A stretch of DNA of 32,000 nt, taken from contig CAZSHG010000002.1 of NCBI GenBank assembly GCA_964606695.1, positions 102,507 through 134,506 on the forward strand, in the 5' to 3' direction. Below the pieces are notes generated by a model. The model worked only from the letters and a program-made list of their open reading frames with translations. It did no database searches and was not told where the DNA came from. The translations under genes and the position numbers were made by a program. Within the stretch, counting starts at the first letter, position 1, and each line of letters starts with the position of its first letter. Below, piece after piece: positions 1 to 6,816 of this stretch. Source of the DNA: an uncultured bacterium (GTDB taxonomy: Bacteria; UBP14; UBA6098).

Positions 1-431
1 TTATCGACGCCGTATTGCACGATGTTGTAGAGTATCCCGCTGAAATTAACCGGGTGTCCGTGCGTTAAGTGACCGCCGTGGGAGAGATTAAGGCCGAGTA
101 TCGTGTCCCCCGGTTCCAATTCGGTGAAATAGACCGCCATATTCGCCTGCGAACCGCTATGTGGCTGGACATTGGCGTGTTCCGCGCCGAAAACCTCGCA
201 TGCTCTGTCGCGGGCGATGTTTTCCGCGATGTCAACGCAATCACAACCGCCGTAATAGCGACGTCCGGGGTAGCCTTCGGCGTATTTGTTTGTCATCACA
301 CAACCCGTGGCTTCCATAACCGCGCGAGACGCGTAATTCTCGCTGGCAATCAGCTCCAATCCGTCCTGCTGACGTTTCAACTCGCATATTACCGAGTCGT
401 AAACTTCATTGTCTTTCTTCAGATATTCCAT
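1..431 (-). CDS. glyA: Serine hydroxymethyltransferase, N-terminal ~143 codons (gene runs off the window start)
   Basis: Absent from the ORF track because it has no stop in the window. Minus-strand translation from ATG 431-429 reads [84 protein letters not shown], which are conserved SHMT motifs. GGGAGG SD lies 5 nt upstream. Confidence 0.9.
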   Translation of the reverse strand, partial: MEYLKKDNEVYDSVICELKRQQDGLELIASENYASRAVMEATGCVMTNKYAEGYPGRRYYGGCDCVDIAENIARDRACEVFGAEHANVQPHSGSQANMAVYFTELEPGDTILGLNLSHGGHLTHGHPVNFSGILYNIVQYGVD

Positions 432-448
432 TCTATCCTCCCTTTAAC

Positions 449-904
449 TTATTGATTTCCTTCGATTTGCGCTATTTCATTCACCCTTCTCCGATGGCGT
501 TCCCGGCCGGGTTTATCGCCGTCGAAATCGGTGGAAAGAAATATCCTGACGGCCTCCAGAGCGGTTTCTTCATCGATATATTCCTGTCCGAAACATATCA
601 CGTTGGCATTATTGTGCCTGCGAGCCATCTCCGCGCGTTCGATGTCGCAAACCAGCGCCGCCCGAATACCTCTCACCTTGTTCGCGGAAATCGACACCCC
701 GATACCAGAAGAGCAAATTGCTATGCCGAATCGGCACTCTTCGATAGCAACCGCTTCCCCAACCCTTGCCGCATGTATGGGATAATCCGCCGATTCCTCG
801 CTCTCCGTGCCGTAATCGATGATATCGTAATACGCTGAAAGCTCCCGTTTGAGGAACTCCTTGAGCTTAAATCCGCCGTGATCGCTACCTATCGCTATTT
901 TCAT
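449..904 (-). CDS. rpiB: Ribose-5-phosphate isomerase B (RpiB/LacAB family)
   Basis: 151 aa starting MKIAIGSDHGGFKLKE, with ICSSGIGVSISANK and RRHNNANV, typical RpiB motifs. Sits directly upstream of glyA on the same strand. Confidence 0.88.
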   Translation of the reverse strand: MKIAIGSDHGGFKLKEFLKRELSAYYDIIDYGTESEESADYPIHAARVGEAVAIEECRFGIAICSSGIGVSISANKVRGIRAALVCDIERAEMARRHNNANVICFGQEYIDEETALEAVRIFLSTDFDGDKPGRERHRRRVNEIAQIEGNQ

Positions 905-1087
905 CGCAAATCCTATTTAATTCAATTTCAAACCTATCAATAATATAAGTTACTAAATAAACCCATTGAAAAGGCGAATGTCAAGAAGTTATTAGAGAAT
1001 ATACGGGGACGTGGATAGATACGCGGGAAAAATAGGATTCGACCCCGATTTTGTCGGACGGGAAATCGACGCCAATACTTCCGTAGA

Positions 1088-1106
1088 GGAGGGTTTCAAA
1101 CCCTCC
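1088..1106 (-). terminator. Hairpin just downstream of the lipoprotein gene stop (possible terminator)
   Basis: GGAGGGTTT-C-AAACCCTCC perfect palindrome 25 nt after the stop at 1131. No clear U-tract on the minus strand. Confidence 0.3.
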
Positions 1107-1130
1107 CCCACGATTACAATACCAGACGAT

Positions 1131-2462
1131 TTATCGCACGAACGTATAGAACGTAGTGTCGTCGCCCGCGGTTACCAGAGATATACGATATTCCGTGCCG
1201 TTCACCAGACCATCCGGCGAACCCGCCATCGGCACCGTTTGTGTCGCGCCGGACGGCACAGTGCCGTAAGTTACCGGAGTCGAAAAACCGACCGCGCTGA
1301 CTATATTCCATTTAGGGATAATAACGCCTATCGCGCCGACATTGAGCGCGTAAGCCTGTTCGCTCGACGGCGTCCACGATATCGACGGGAACTCGCCTGA
1401 CCCGACCGAAATCTCGACATCCACGACCTCCTCGAACTCGACGTTAACGGTATCCGCGATTCCTTCCGAAGAAGCCACAACTATAGCCGTTCCAGGGGAT
1501 GTTGAAGAAGTGAGGGTAGTCATCGCTACGCCGTCTGTCGTCGTAGAATATGGAGGATCAATCGACCCGAGGCTCGTCGAAAAATCGACACGGGTGCCGT
1601 TGGGAACCGCCATTCCAAAAGAGTCTGTAACCGTCGCAGTTAGTGTCGATGAACTCGAACCGTCCGCCGGTATTTCCATCGGGGCGGCATAAAGGTATAT
1701 CGAACCCGGCGACGTGCTCCCCGACTCGTTCAGCGTGATCGCGTCGCAGGCGTAAACCTGAACCACGAAACTCCCCGTCGCATGCAAATCGCCGGTGAAC
1801 CACCAGACATCCGTCAGAGGGCAAACATCGATCCACAGCGCGCCCTCCAGACTCTCGGTAGCCGAACCGGGGATAGTATGGCTGTTGCTCGAACCGTGCA
1901 CGACCGCGTAATAATCCCACTCCTCCGAATCCACCTCGTCGTCCGCCATGATTTCAATACTGTCCGGAGTGCCGCCGGTGTAGTTCCACGTTACCGTAAC
2001 CGGATCGCCCGGTGTCCAGCTGGAACCGTCCGTAGGCGAGGTTACCTCCAGCCCCCAGGTTTCGCTCACCGTGAGGTTGCAGGTCGAACTGAGCGAACCC
2101 AGCGTAACGACCACAGTGTAATCCTTGTCCGGCTCGAAACCGATGTTATTCTTCACGAAAATAGCGTCCTCGACACTCCCGGTCAACATCGGCACCGAAT
2201 CGCCGTTGAGTGTAACCGTAACCTCGTTTGCTCCGGTGGTAAGCGAAGTATCCAGACGGCTGACTTCGAGCTGGAAAGAGCCGTCCGTATAGAATAAATC
2301 CCCGATATTACCGGACAGGAGATAATCCCCGATTCCGGTCGGATCTCCGTTGCCATTGCCGTTGCCGTTATTGTCGTCGTCGCCGTTGGTGCCGCAATCG
2401 CACGCGGACACAACGATGAACGCCAGAACCGCAATAGCCGCAATCACCCTGATAACACGCAT
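1131..2462 (-). CDS. Secreted lipoprotein with bacterial Ig-like (Big_1/invasin-like) domain
   Basis: 443 aa. Signal peptide with lipobox-like VVSAC, an N/G/D low-complexity linker, and a segment TLTATVTDSFGMAVPNGTRVDFSTSLGSI..TAIVVASS typical of Big_1 repeats. GGGAGG SD. Confidence 0.7.
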   Translation of the reverse strand: MRVIRVIAAIAVLAFIVVSACDCGTNGDDDNNGNGNGNGDPTGIGDYLLSGNIGDLFYTDGSFQLEVSRLDTSLTTGANEVTVTLNGDSVPMLTGSVEDAIFVKNNIGFEPDKDYTVVVTLGSLSSTCNLTVSETWGLEVTSPTDGSSWTPGDPVTVTWNYTGGTPDSIEIMADDEVDSEEWDYYAVVHGSSNSHTIPGSATESLEGALWIDVCPLTDVWWFTGDLHATGSFVVQVYACDAITLNESGSTSPGSIYLYAAPMEIPADGSSSSTLTATVTDSFGMAVPNGTRVDFSTSLGSIDPPYSTTTDGVAMTTLTSSTSPGTAIVVASSEGIADTVNVEFEEVVDVEISVGSGEFPSISWTPSSEQAYALNVGAIGVIIPKWNIVSAVGFSTPVTYGTVPSGATQTVPMAGSPDGLVNGTEYRISLVTAGDDTTFYTFVR

Positions 2463-2501
2463 CTCTACCTCCCTGATTTAGAACGTCAAACTCGTCCCCT
2501 A

Positions 2502-2530
2502 ATTATAACCTGAGTTCCCGCGTTCAACAA
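2502..2530 (-). promoter_or_regulatory. Sigma-70-type promoter candidate for the 1131-2462 gene
   Basis: Read on the minus strand: TTGTTG-17 nt-TATAAT, about 40 nt upstream of ATG 2462. Confidence 0.4.
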
Positions 2531-2575
2531 GCGAAAAGAATCCCGCGCGGAAATTCATCCCACGGCTAATTTTGC

Positions 2576-2603
2576 TTGACTCGATCGAGTCCGCTATTAT
2601 AGT
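2576..2603 (+). promoter_or_regulatory. Sigma-70-type promoter candidate (distal)
   Basis: TTGACT(2576-2581)-16 nt-TATAGT(2598-2603). No annotated gene follows for about 350 nt. Confidence 0.3.
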
Positions 2604-2704
2604 TAGAATTAGATTTAATATGGGAAAATTGAATCACAGGAATTTTACATCGAACCATTCGCCGACGTCTCCCGTCCGGGCGGCGGAGAAATAATTTTTA
2701 AACC

Positions 2705-2733
2705 TTGACAATTTGAGATTAGCAACCGATATT
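2705..2733 (+). promoter_or_regulatory. Sigma-70-type promoter candidate (proximal) for the 2952 gene
   Basis: TTGACA(2705-2710)-17 nt-GATATT(2728-2733). Implies a leader of about 210 nt. Confidence 0.35.
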
Positions 2734-2951
2734 GTTAATTACAATACAACATGAAGGTTTAAATACTACACGGCTGGGACAGCCGCAAACACTGCGGGCG
2801 GCCAACGCTACCCCCCCCCGAATTACGCAACCTAATTATATATTAATATCTTACATCGCACACATACGAAACCTCGACCCCTCGTTACCGAACGACGAAA
2901 AGAAAAACGGGGTTTTGTTTGGAATAAAACCAAAACCCTAAGGAGGGCAAA

Positions 2952-3257
2952 GTGAAAAAAGTGTTACTTTGTTTGTTGTTCACCGTCGTTGCTGTTTGCG
3001 GCGCGACTATCTTCGGCCCGGCGACATACACGAGAACCACCGGTGCGCCGAATGTTTATGATACGACATTCGCGGCCTATGACACGAGAGGTTGCAAAGT
3101 CTATGAGAAAAAGCTCGGCGACTTAGGAAACGGACAGCATCAATATGTCTGGAACGGCAAAAACGAAAACGGAATATCGCTTTCATCGGGGCTATACTTC
3201 GTGAAAATAGGCAACGAAACTCAAAGTAAAACTCATAAAGTCCTGCTACTGAAGTAA
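2952..3257 (+). CDS. Small secreted protein consisting essentially of a T9SS-type C-terminal sorting domain
   Basis: GTG start preceded by AAGGAGGG. Signal peptide MKKVLLCLLFTVVAVCGA, then the C-terminal pattern KVYEKKLGDLGNGQHQYVWNGKNENGISLSSGLYFVKIGNETQSKTHKVLLLK, as in Por_Secre_tail/FlgD-Ig-like CTDs. Confidence 0.7.
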   Translation: MKKVLLCLLFTVVAVCGATIFGPATYTRTTGAPNVYDTTFAAYDTRGCKVYEKKLGDLGNGQHQYVWNGKNENGISLSSGLYFVKIGNETQSKTHKVLLLK

Positions 3258-3258
3258 C

Positions 3259-3287
3259 TTGACAAACAACTCCTCCTATCGTATTTT
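3259..3287 (+). promoter_or_regulatory. Internal promoter candidate for the 3309 gene
   Basis: TTGACA(3259-3264)-17 nt-TATTTT(3282-3287). The predicted start falls near 3294, downstream of the anti-SD arm at 3270-3278. Confidence 0.3.
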
Positions 3288-3308
3288 TTTACGTAGGAGG
3301 AGAAAATA

Positions 3309-4772
3309 ATGAGATTACGATATTACATACTCATTCTTGCTCTAGTGACGGGCGGTCTTTTTGCCGAAAGACCGGTAATCGAACTGCTTGAACCTCAATC
3401 TCTATCTCCGACTGAATATGGACCCATTGAATACGTCGATGATTCCGGCTATGTCGTAATTAGAAAATGGGACTCCTGCAATTGCACCTCGGATATTTTC
3501 CAGACAATCCAATTACGTATCCGCGATGCCGACGGTATCGATTGGACTACGCTTCAAGTTGAGGTTCTTACTTTCGGAGGTGCTATAAACACAGTATGGT
3601 GGGACTCTCATCCATTTTATTATTTTCTTCCGGGCAGTCTCGATGTTACTATAGATTCAGTAGCGGTAGAAGAATTAATTTGGGCATCACAACAAGATTA
3701 CTCGATTGAAATTGATTCATCGGGTTCAGACACGATAGGCTATGTTACCGTCACCCCTTTGGGACGTGGAATTCGCCCCGCTTTTTTCTGTCATGATAGC
3801 TGTAATTTTGGGGCGCACTATTTTGGGCCTTGTTGTATAAATATCGGCGATGTTATTTCACCAGGTTTCGGTCATACTGCGGCTCCCTTATGGGAATTCC
3901 CGACACATATTTCAATTGGAATTATGGATTTAGTCGGAGATGGAACAAGTCAAGGTTTTTATTTCTGCGTCGATTACAGCGGGCCGTCGGCATCGACTCC
4001 CCGGCCCGCGGACGGCGCAATGGTCGATACGCTTCATCCGATAATCGGAATCACAATTCTCGATACGATATGGGTTCGGCACAGCGCTTATCCAAATCCG
4101 ATAGACCCATATTTCCCCCATTGCCCTTGCTACGACTCCCTTTGCACGGATAGCACCGGCGCGCCGCTCGAATTCCCCTATTGCGGCGATAAGTTCATAG
4201 AATGGAACACAGTCGATACTGCTTCGATTCGGCTTTCCGTAAATGGTGCGGTCTATTCACTCGATTCACCCGGCATGTCATGGTTCGACGACTCGCTGCT
4301 TCTTTTCGACACCGGCGAGGCGGGGTTGTCATTTTCCGACGGCGACACCGTGCGTGTTTGCCTCGAAGAGGCCACCGACCGCGTCTCGCAAGGCCACGGC
4401 CCGAACCATCTCGGCAGGCACGCTGACTGGACACATCCTGACACTCCGGTTCCGTTCTGCTGGGAGTTTTATGTAAATACAGTCGGTATCGAGGAGACTG
4501 GATTGCCACGTTATTCGGGCATTACATCCGTCCACCCGAATCCCTTCAATTCCGGTTTGAATATAAAATACTCGCTTGCCGAGAAAAGCCGTGTCCAAAT
4601 CAATGTTTACGATATTCTCGGCAGGGTGATTGCGAACATTATCGATGAAACCGACCAAATCGGCGATTATGAGATTTATTGGGATGCTTCCGAAAAACCG
4701 GGTGGAATTTACTTTATTCGCGCGAAAATCGGCGATGAATCAATTACGAAACGGGTGGTTTACCTGAAATAG
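3309..4772 (+). CDS. Cys-rich secreted protein with T9SS-type C-terminal sorting domain
   Basis: 487 aa, signal peptide, AGGAGGAG SD. C-terminus HPNPFNSGLNIKYSL..VYDILGRVIANI..IYWDASEKPGGIYFIRAKIGDESITKRVVYLK. Confidence 0.8.
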   Translation: MRLRYYILILALVTGGLFAERPVIELLEPQSLSPTEYGPIEYVDDSGYVVIRKWDSCNCTSDIFQTIQLRIRDADGIDWTTLQVEVLTFGGAINTVWWDSHPFYYFLPGSLDVTIDSVAVEELIWASQQDYSIEIDSSGSDTIGYVTVTPLGRGIRPAFFCHDSCNFGAHYFGPCCINIGDVISPGFGHTAAPLWEFPTHISIGIMDLVGDGTSQGFYFCVDYSGPSASTPRPADGAMVDTLHPIIGITILDTIWVRHSAYPNPIDPYFPHCPCYDSLCTDSTGAPLEFPYCGDKFIEWNTVDTASIRLSVNGAVYSLDSPGMSWFDDSLLLFDTGEAGLSFSDGDTVRVCLEEATDRVSQGHGPNHLGRHADWTHPDTPVPFCWEFYVNTVGIEETGLPRYSGITSVHPNPFNSGLNIKYSLAEKSRVQINVYDILGRVIANIIDETDQIGDYEIYWDASEKPGGIYFIRAKIGDESITKRVVYLK

Positions 4773-4908
4773 AACTCAAAATACGGGCGGGGCAAACGTC
4801 TCGCCCGGAACGAAATAGGACGAAATTTGGGCGGAAATGCCCAGAAATGATGAAAACGATGGAGAAAATAGGGAAAATGGCTGGATTTGGTGAAATAATA
4901 GGGGTTTT

Positions 4909-5120
4909 TGGCGTCCGGGGGCGAAATTGGGCGTCCGAGGCTCTAAATTCGAGGCCCGAGAGGCAATATTCCGCGTCCGAGAAGGGAAATTGGACGTCCG
5001 AGAGGCAATATTGGACATCCGAGAGGGTAAATTGGACGTCCGAGAGGCAATATTCCACGTCCGAGACTCGAAATTCACCGTCCGGGAATGGCCGTTCGCG
5101 GTCGGAGAACCTAAATCGAA
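4909..5120. repeat. Tandem array of ~10 units of 21 bp, with a 42-bp higher-order alternation
   Basis: The CCGRG core recurs at 4915, 4935, 4956, 4977, 4998, 5019, 5040, 5061, 5082 and 5103. Units are CGTCCGAGAGGCAATATTGGA alternating with CGTCCGAGARGGNAAATTGGA. Confidence 0.9.
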
Positions 5121-5138
5121 TCAACAAGGAGGGCTATC

Positions 5139-5207
5139 ATGCCCGAAAAAACAAGAGATCCGCAAAAAAAACTTTACCACAACGCTTTTTCTCTTCTCGT
5201 CGCATAG
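5139..5207 (+). CDS. Candidate 22-codon small ORF (MPEKTRDPQKKLYHNAFSLLVA)
   Basis: ATG 5139 is preceded by AAGGAGGG (5126-5133) with a 5-nt spacer. Below the ORF-track size cutoff, and no homology evidence. Confidence 0.25.
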   Translation: MPEKTRDPQKKLYHNAFSLLVA

Positions 5208-5251
5208 CTCCAGTGTTTGCAACTGTAAGGCTGTGCGACGGGATTGGCCGC

Positions 5252-5290
5252 GAAGCTTGGCTTCGATAATGGGAGACGAAGCGAAGCTTC
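5252..5290. other. 14-bp inverted repeat (hairpin)
   Basis: GAAGCTTGGCTTCG (5252-5265) pairs with CGAAGCGAAGCTTC (5277-5290), 13 of 14 bp, with an 11-nt loop. Confidence 0.6.
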
Positions 5291-5404
5291 TAATGCAAGG
5301 ATAAGATTTCTCTTCGAGCAAAGCTCTCATCGAAATGACAGGATAGGAAAATTCCACTTCTAACGACTAACAGCCAACGACGAACGCCGCACCGTGGGGC
5401 GACG

Positions 5405-5486
5405 AACGCCGCTGGCGCGACGTTTGTATCGTAGGGAAATGACCAAAATTAGAGAGTAATGTAGCAAACGGCGTGACAGCGGCGTT
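5405..5486. repeat. Long hairpin element, copy 1 (REP-like or structured-RNA candidate)
   Basis: 5405-5427 pairs with 5464-5486: 19 Watson-Crick and 2 GU pairs with 2 mismatches, around a 36-nt apical region. Terminal boxes are CCGCTGGCGC and GTGACAGCGG. T5 run at 5485-5489. Confidence 0.7.
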
Positions 5487-5489
5487 TTT

Positions 5490-5563
5490 CCGCTGGCGCA
5501 GTTCTTGCCTGCGGGAAATTATCGGAAATGTGGATGAAATATTCGCAAGAACTGTGACAGCGG
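5490..5563. repeat. Long hairpin element, copy 2
   Basis: 5490-5508 pairs with 5545-5563: 17 Watson-Crick and 1 GU pairs with 1 mismatch, around a 36-nt apical region. Same terminal boxes as copy 1, but a different inner stem that is still complementary. Confidence 0.7.
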
Positions 5564-5596
5564 TTGCGCGGTGCGGTTTATCGATCAGGAAATTTT

Positions 5597-5911
5597 TTAC
5601 GGCGCGGGGCGGGGTTTGATTCCCGGGCTTTCGGGGTCGCTGTGTTTGACCACGAAGAAATAGACGATACTACCGACTGGCACTAGAAGAATCACCAGAA
5701 TCCAGACGACCTGTTCCGAACTCTCCGGTGCAAACCGTTTGCGCGCGACATCGATTATCATCATGATCTTGAAAATAAGGAAAAAGATGCTTATCGCAAT
5801 CGCCGATGCCCAGATTATGAAATAAATCATACCGACCATACCGCAACATCCCACCCCCATTAATTCTCCGACCGCTTCGGAACTCTGAGATTGAGTTAAT
5901 ATCGGGATCAT
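5597..5911 (-). CDS. Small membrane protein with PLD-nuclease N-terminal (PLDc_N)-like domain
   Basis: 104 aa, 2-3 TM segments. IIDVARKRF..VVWILVILLVPVGSIVYFFVVK matches the PLDc_N pattern. ATGA overlap with the upstream gene. Confidence 0.65.
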   Translation of the reverse strand: MIPILTQSQSSEAVGELMGVGCCGMVGMIYFIIWASAIAISIFFLIFKIMMIIDVARKRFAPESSEQVVWILVILLVPVGSIVYFFVVKHSDPESPGIKPRPAP

Positions 5912-6672
5912 TTCAACATCACCGCTTTCGTCGCGGGAATACCGCCGTTGAGGGGTTTAATATAATATGTTCCGGACGGACAATCTCTGCCGTTTCTCGA
6001 CCTGCCGTCCCAGTAAATTTCGTCCTCATCAGGATCGATGACATCGACCAGCCTGCCGGAAATGTCGAATATGCCTATTTCACCGGATTCGGGCGGAATT
6101 TCAATTCGACAGGTCGCGTTGAATGGATTGGGATGGACACGAAATCCGGATCGATCAGGCAAAGTAATTTCCTCCCAGATATTCGATACCGGCGCACCTA
6201 CCACGATTATCCTCCCGCCAAAAACGTTTATTCCAATCGAATCGATCGTTCTCATATCGAACCACTCATCGACGAAATAAACCGGCAGAGAATCGAGGTT
6301 GAAAGCGCCGATCAAGAATTCGCCGGAATCGGGAATTTCGGATGAATCCCAGGTCAGCGAGAAACCGTAACCACCGCTGAGCATAACATCCCAGATAATT
6401 GTATCCTGCGACGGTGCGCGATAATCCGTCCCGAGCATGGTATAACCGGGGTGTGTGCTGTCGTCGATCGGGAAATAGCCGTATGCGCCGGGAGTCGGCA
6501 GGTAGGGAATATCTATCAGTATATCGAAACCGTCAGTCGCTGAGGAATCGACACCGAAAGTCAACATATTGCCGTCCGATAAAGTGAAAACCTCGACATC
6601 GACCTGCCATCTGAAAAAGGCAAACGTCGTAAGGGCCAGAAGTATAATAATTATCGTAACCTTCAATCGCAT
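5908..6672 (-). CDS. Secreted protein with T9SS-type C-terminal sorting domain
   Basis: 254 aa, signal peptide. C-terminus HPNPFNATCRIEI..IFDISGRLVDVI..IYWDGRSRNGRDCPSGTYYIKPL..KAVMLK. Confidence 0.8.
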   Translation of the reverse strand: MRLKVTIIIILLALTTFAFFRWQVDVEVFTLSDGNMLTFGVDSSATDGFDILIDIPYLPTPGAYGYFPIDDSTHPGYTMLGTDYRAPSQDTIIWDVMLSGGYGFSLTWDSSEIPDSGEFLIGAFNLDSLPVYFVDEWFDMRTIDSIGINVFGGRIIVVGAPVSNIWEEITLPDRSGFRVHPNPFNATCRIEIPPESGEIGIFDISGRLVDVIDPDEDEIYWDGRSRNGRDCPSGTYYIKPLNGGIPATKAVMLK

Positions 6673-6681
6673 ATCGAAATA

Positions 6682-6709
6682 AAGTTAAACCAAATCCTTT
6701 TATAGTCAA
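6682..6709 (-). promoter_or_regulatory. Promoter candidate for the 5908-6672 gene
   Basis: Minus strand: TTGACT-16 nt-TAACTT, ending 9 nt before ATG 6672. No SD. Confidence 0.3.
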
Positions 6710-6750
6710 GAGTAAAGCGTGGCATCGAGCACGAAAAATCAAAATTAAAT

Positions 6751-6779
6751 TTGACATACGACTTTAATATTCGTAAATT
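6751..6779 (+). promoter_or_regulatory. Sigma-70-type promoter for the 6817 gene
   Basis: TTGACA(6751-6756)-17 nt-TAAATT(6774-6779). The TTG used as ORF start in the track is this -35 box. Confidence 0.5.
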
Positions 6780-6816
6780 AAAAGTGGTAAATAATACCAA
6801 ACGAAGGAATAACATA

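Noticed and set aside
69-838. Plus-strand ORFs 69-455, 452-838 and 531-785
   Set aside because: They are antisense shadows of glyA and rpiB, which have unambiguous conserved motifs on the minus strand.
1028-1052. tRNA-like T-arm string GGATTCGACCCC
   Set aside because: No acceptor, D or anticodon arms can be built around it. No tRNA cloverleaf was found anywhere in the window.
2732-2941. Track ORF 2732-2941(+), 69 aa
   Set aside because: It has a TTG start inside the promoter region, no SD, and runs through the C9 tract and AT-rich leader. The composition looks non-coding.
4909-5120. Possible CRISPR array
   Set aside because: The period is only 21 bp. The variable halves alternate between two types rather than being unique spacers. 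There is no leader and no cas genes.
4744-5304. Track ORFs 4744-5127(-), 4776-5078(-), 4847-5269(+) and 4927-5304(+), which encode heptad-repeat peptides such as SDVQYCL and TSERQYW
   Set aside because: All six frames are open only because the 21-bp repeat unit contains no stop codon in any frame. The ORFs mutually overlap, lack SDs or use weak starts, and one overlaps the 3' end of the 3309-4772 gene. I treat them as a non-coding tandem repeat unless expression data say otherwise.
5121-5357. Track ORF 5121-5357(-), 78 aa
   Set aside because: It has no SD, overlaps the sORF and hairpin region, and has no recognisable motif.
6751-6816. N-terminal extension of the 6751-8205 ORF (TTG start at 6751)
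   Set aside because: The TTG is the first base of a TTGACA -35 box with a TAAATT -10 box 17 nt downstream. The ATG at 6817 has an SD and begins a proper signal peptide.
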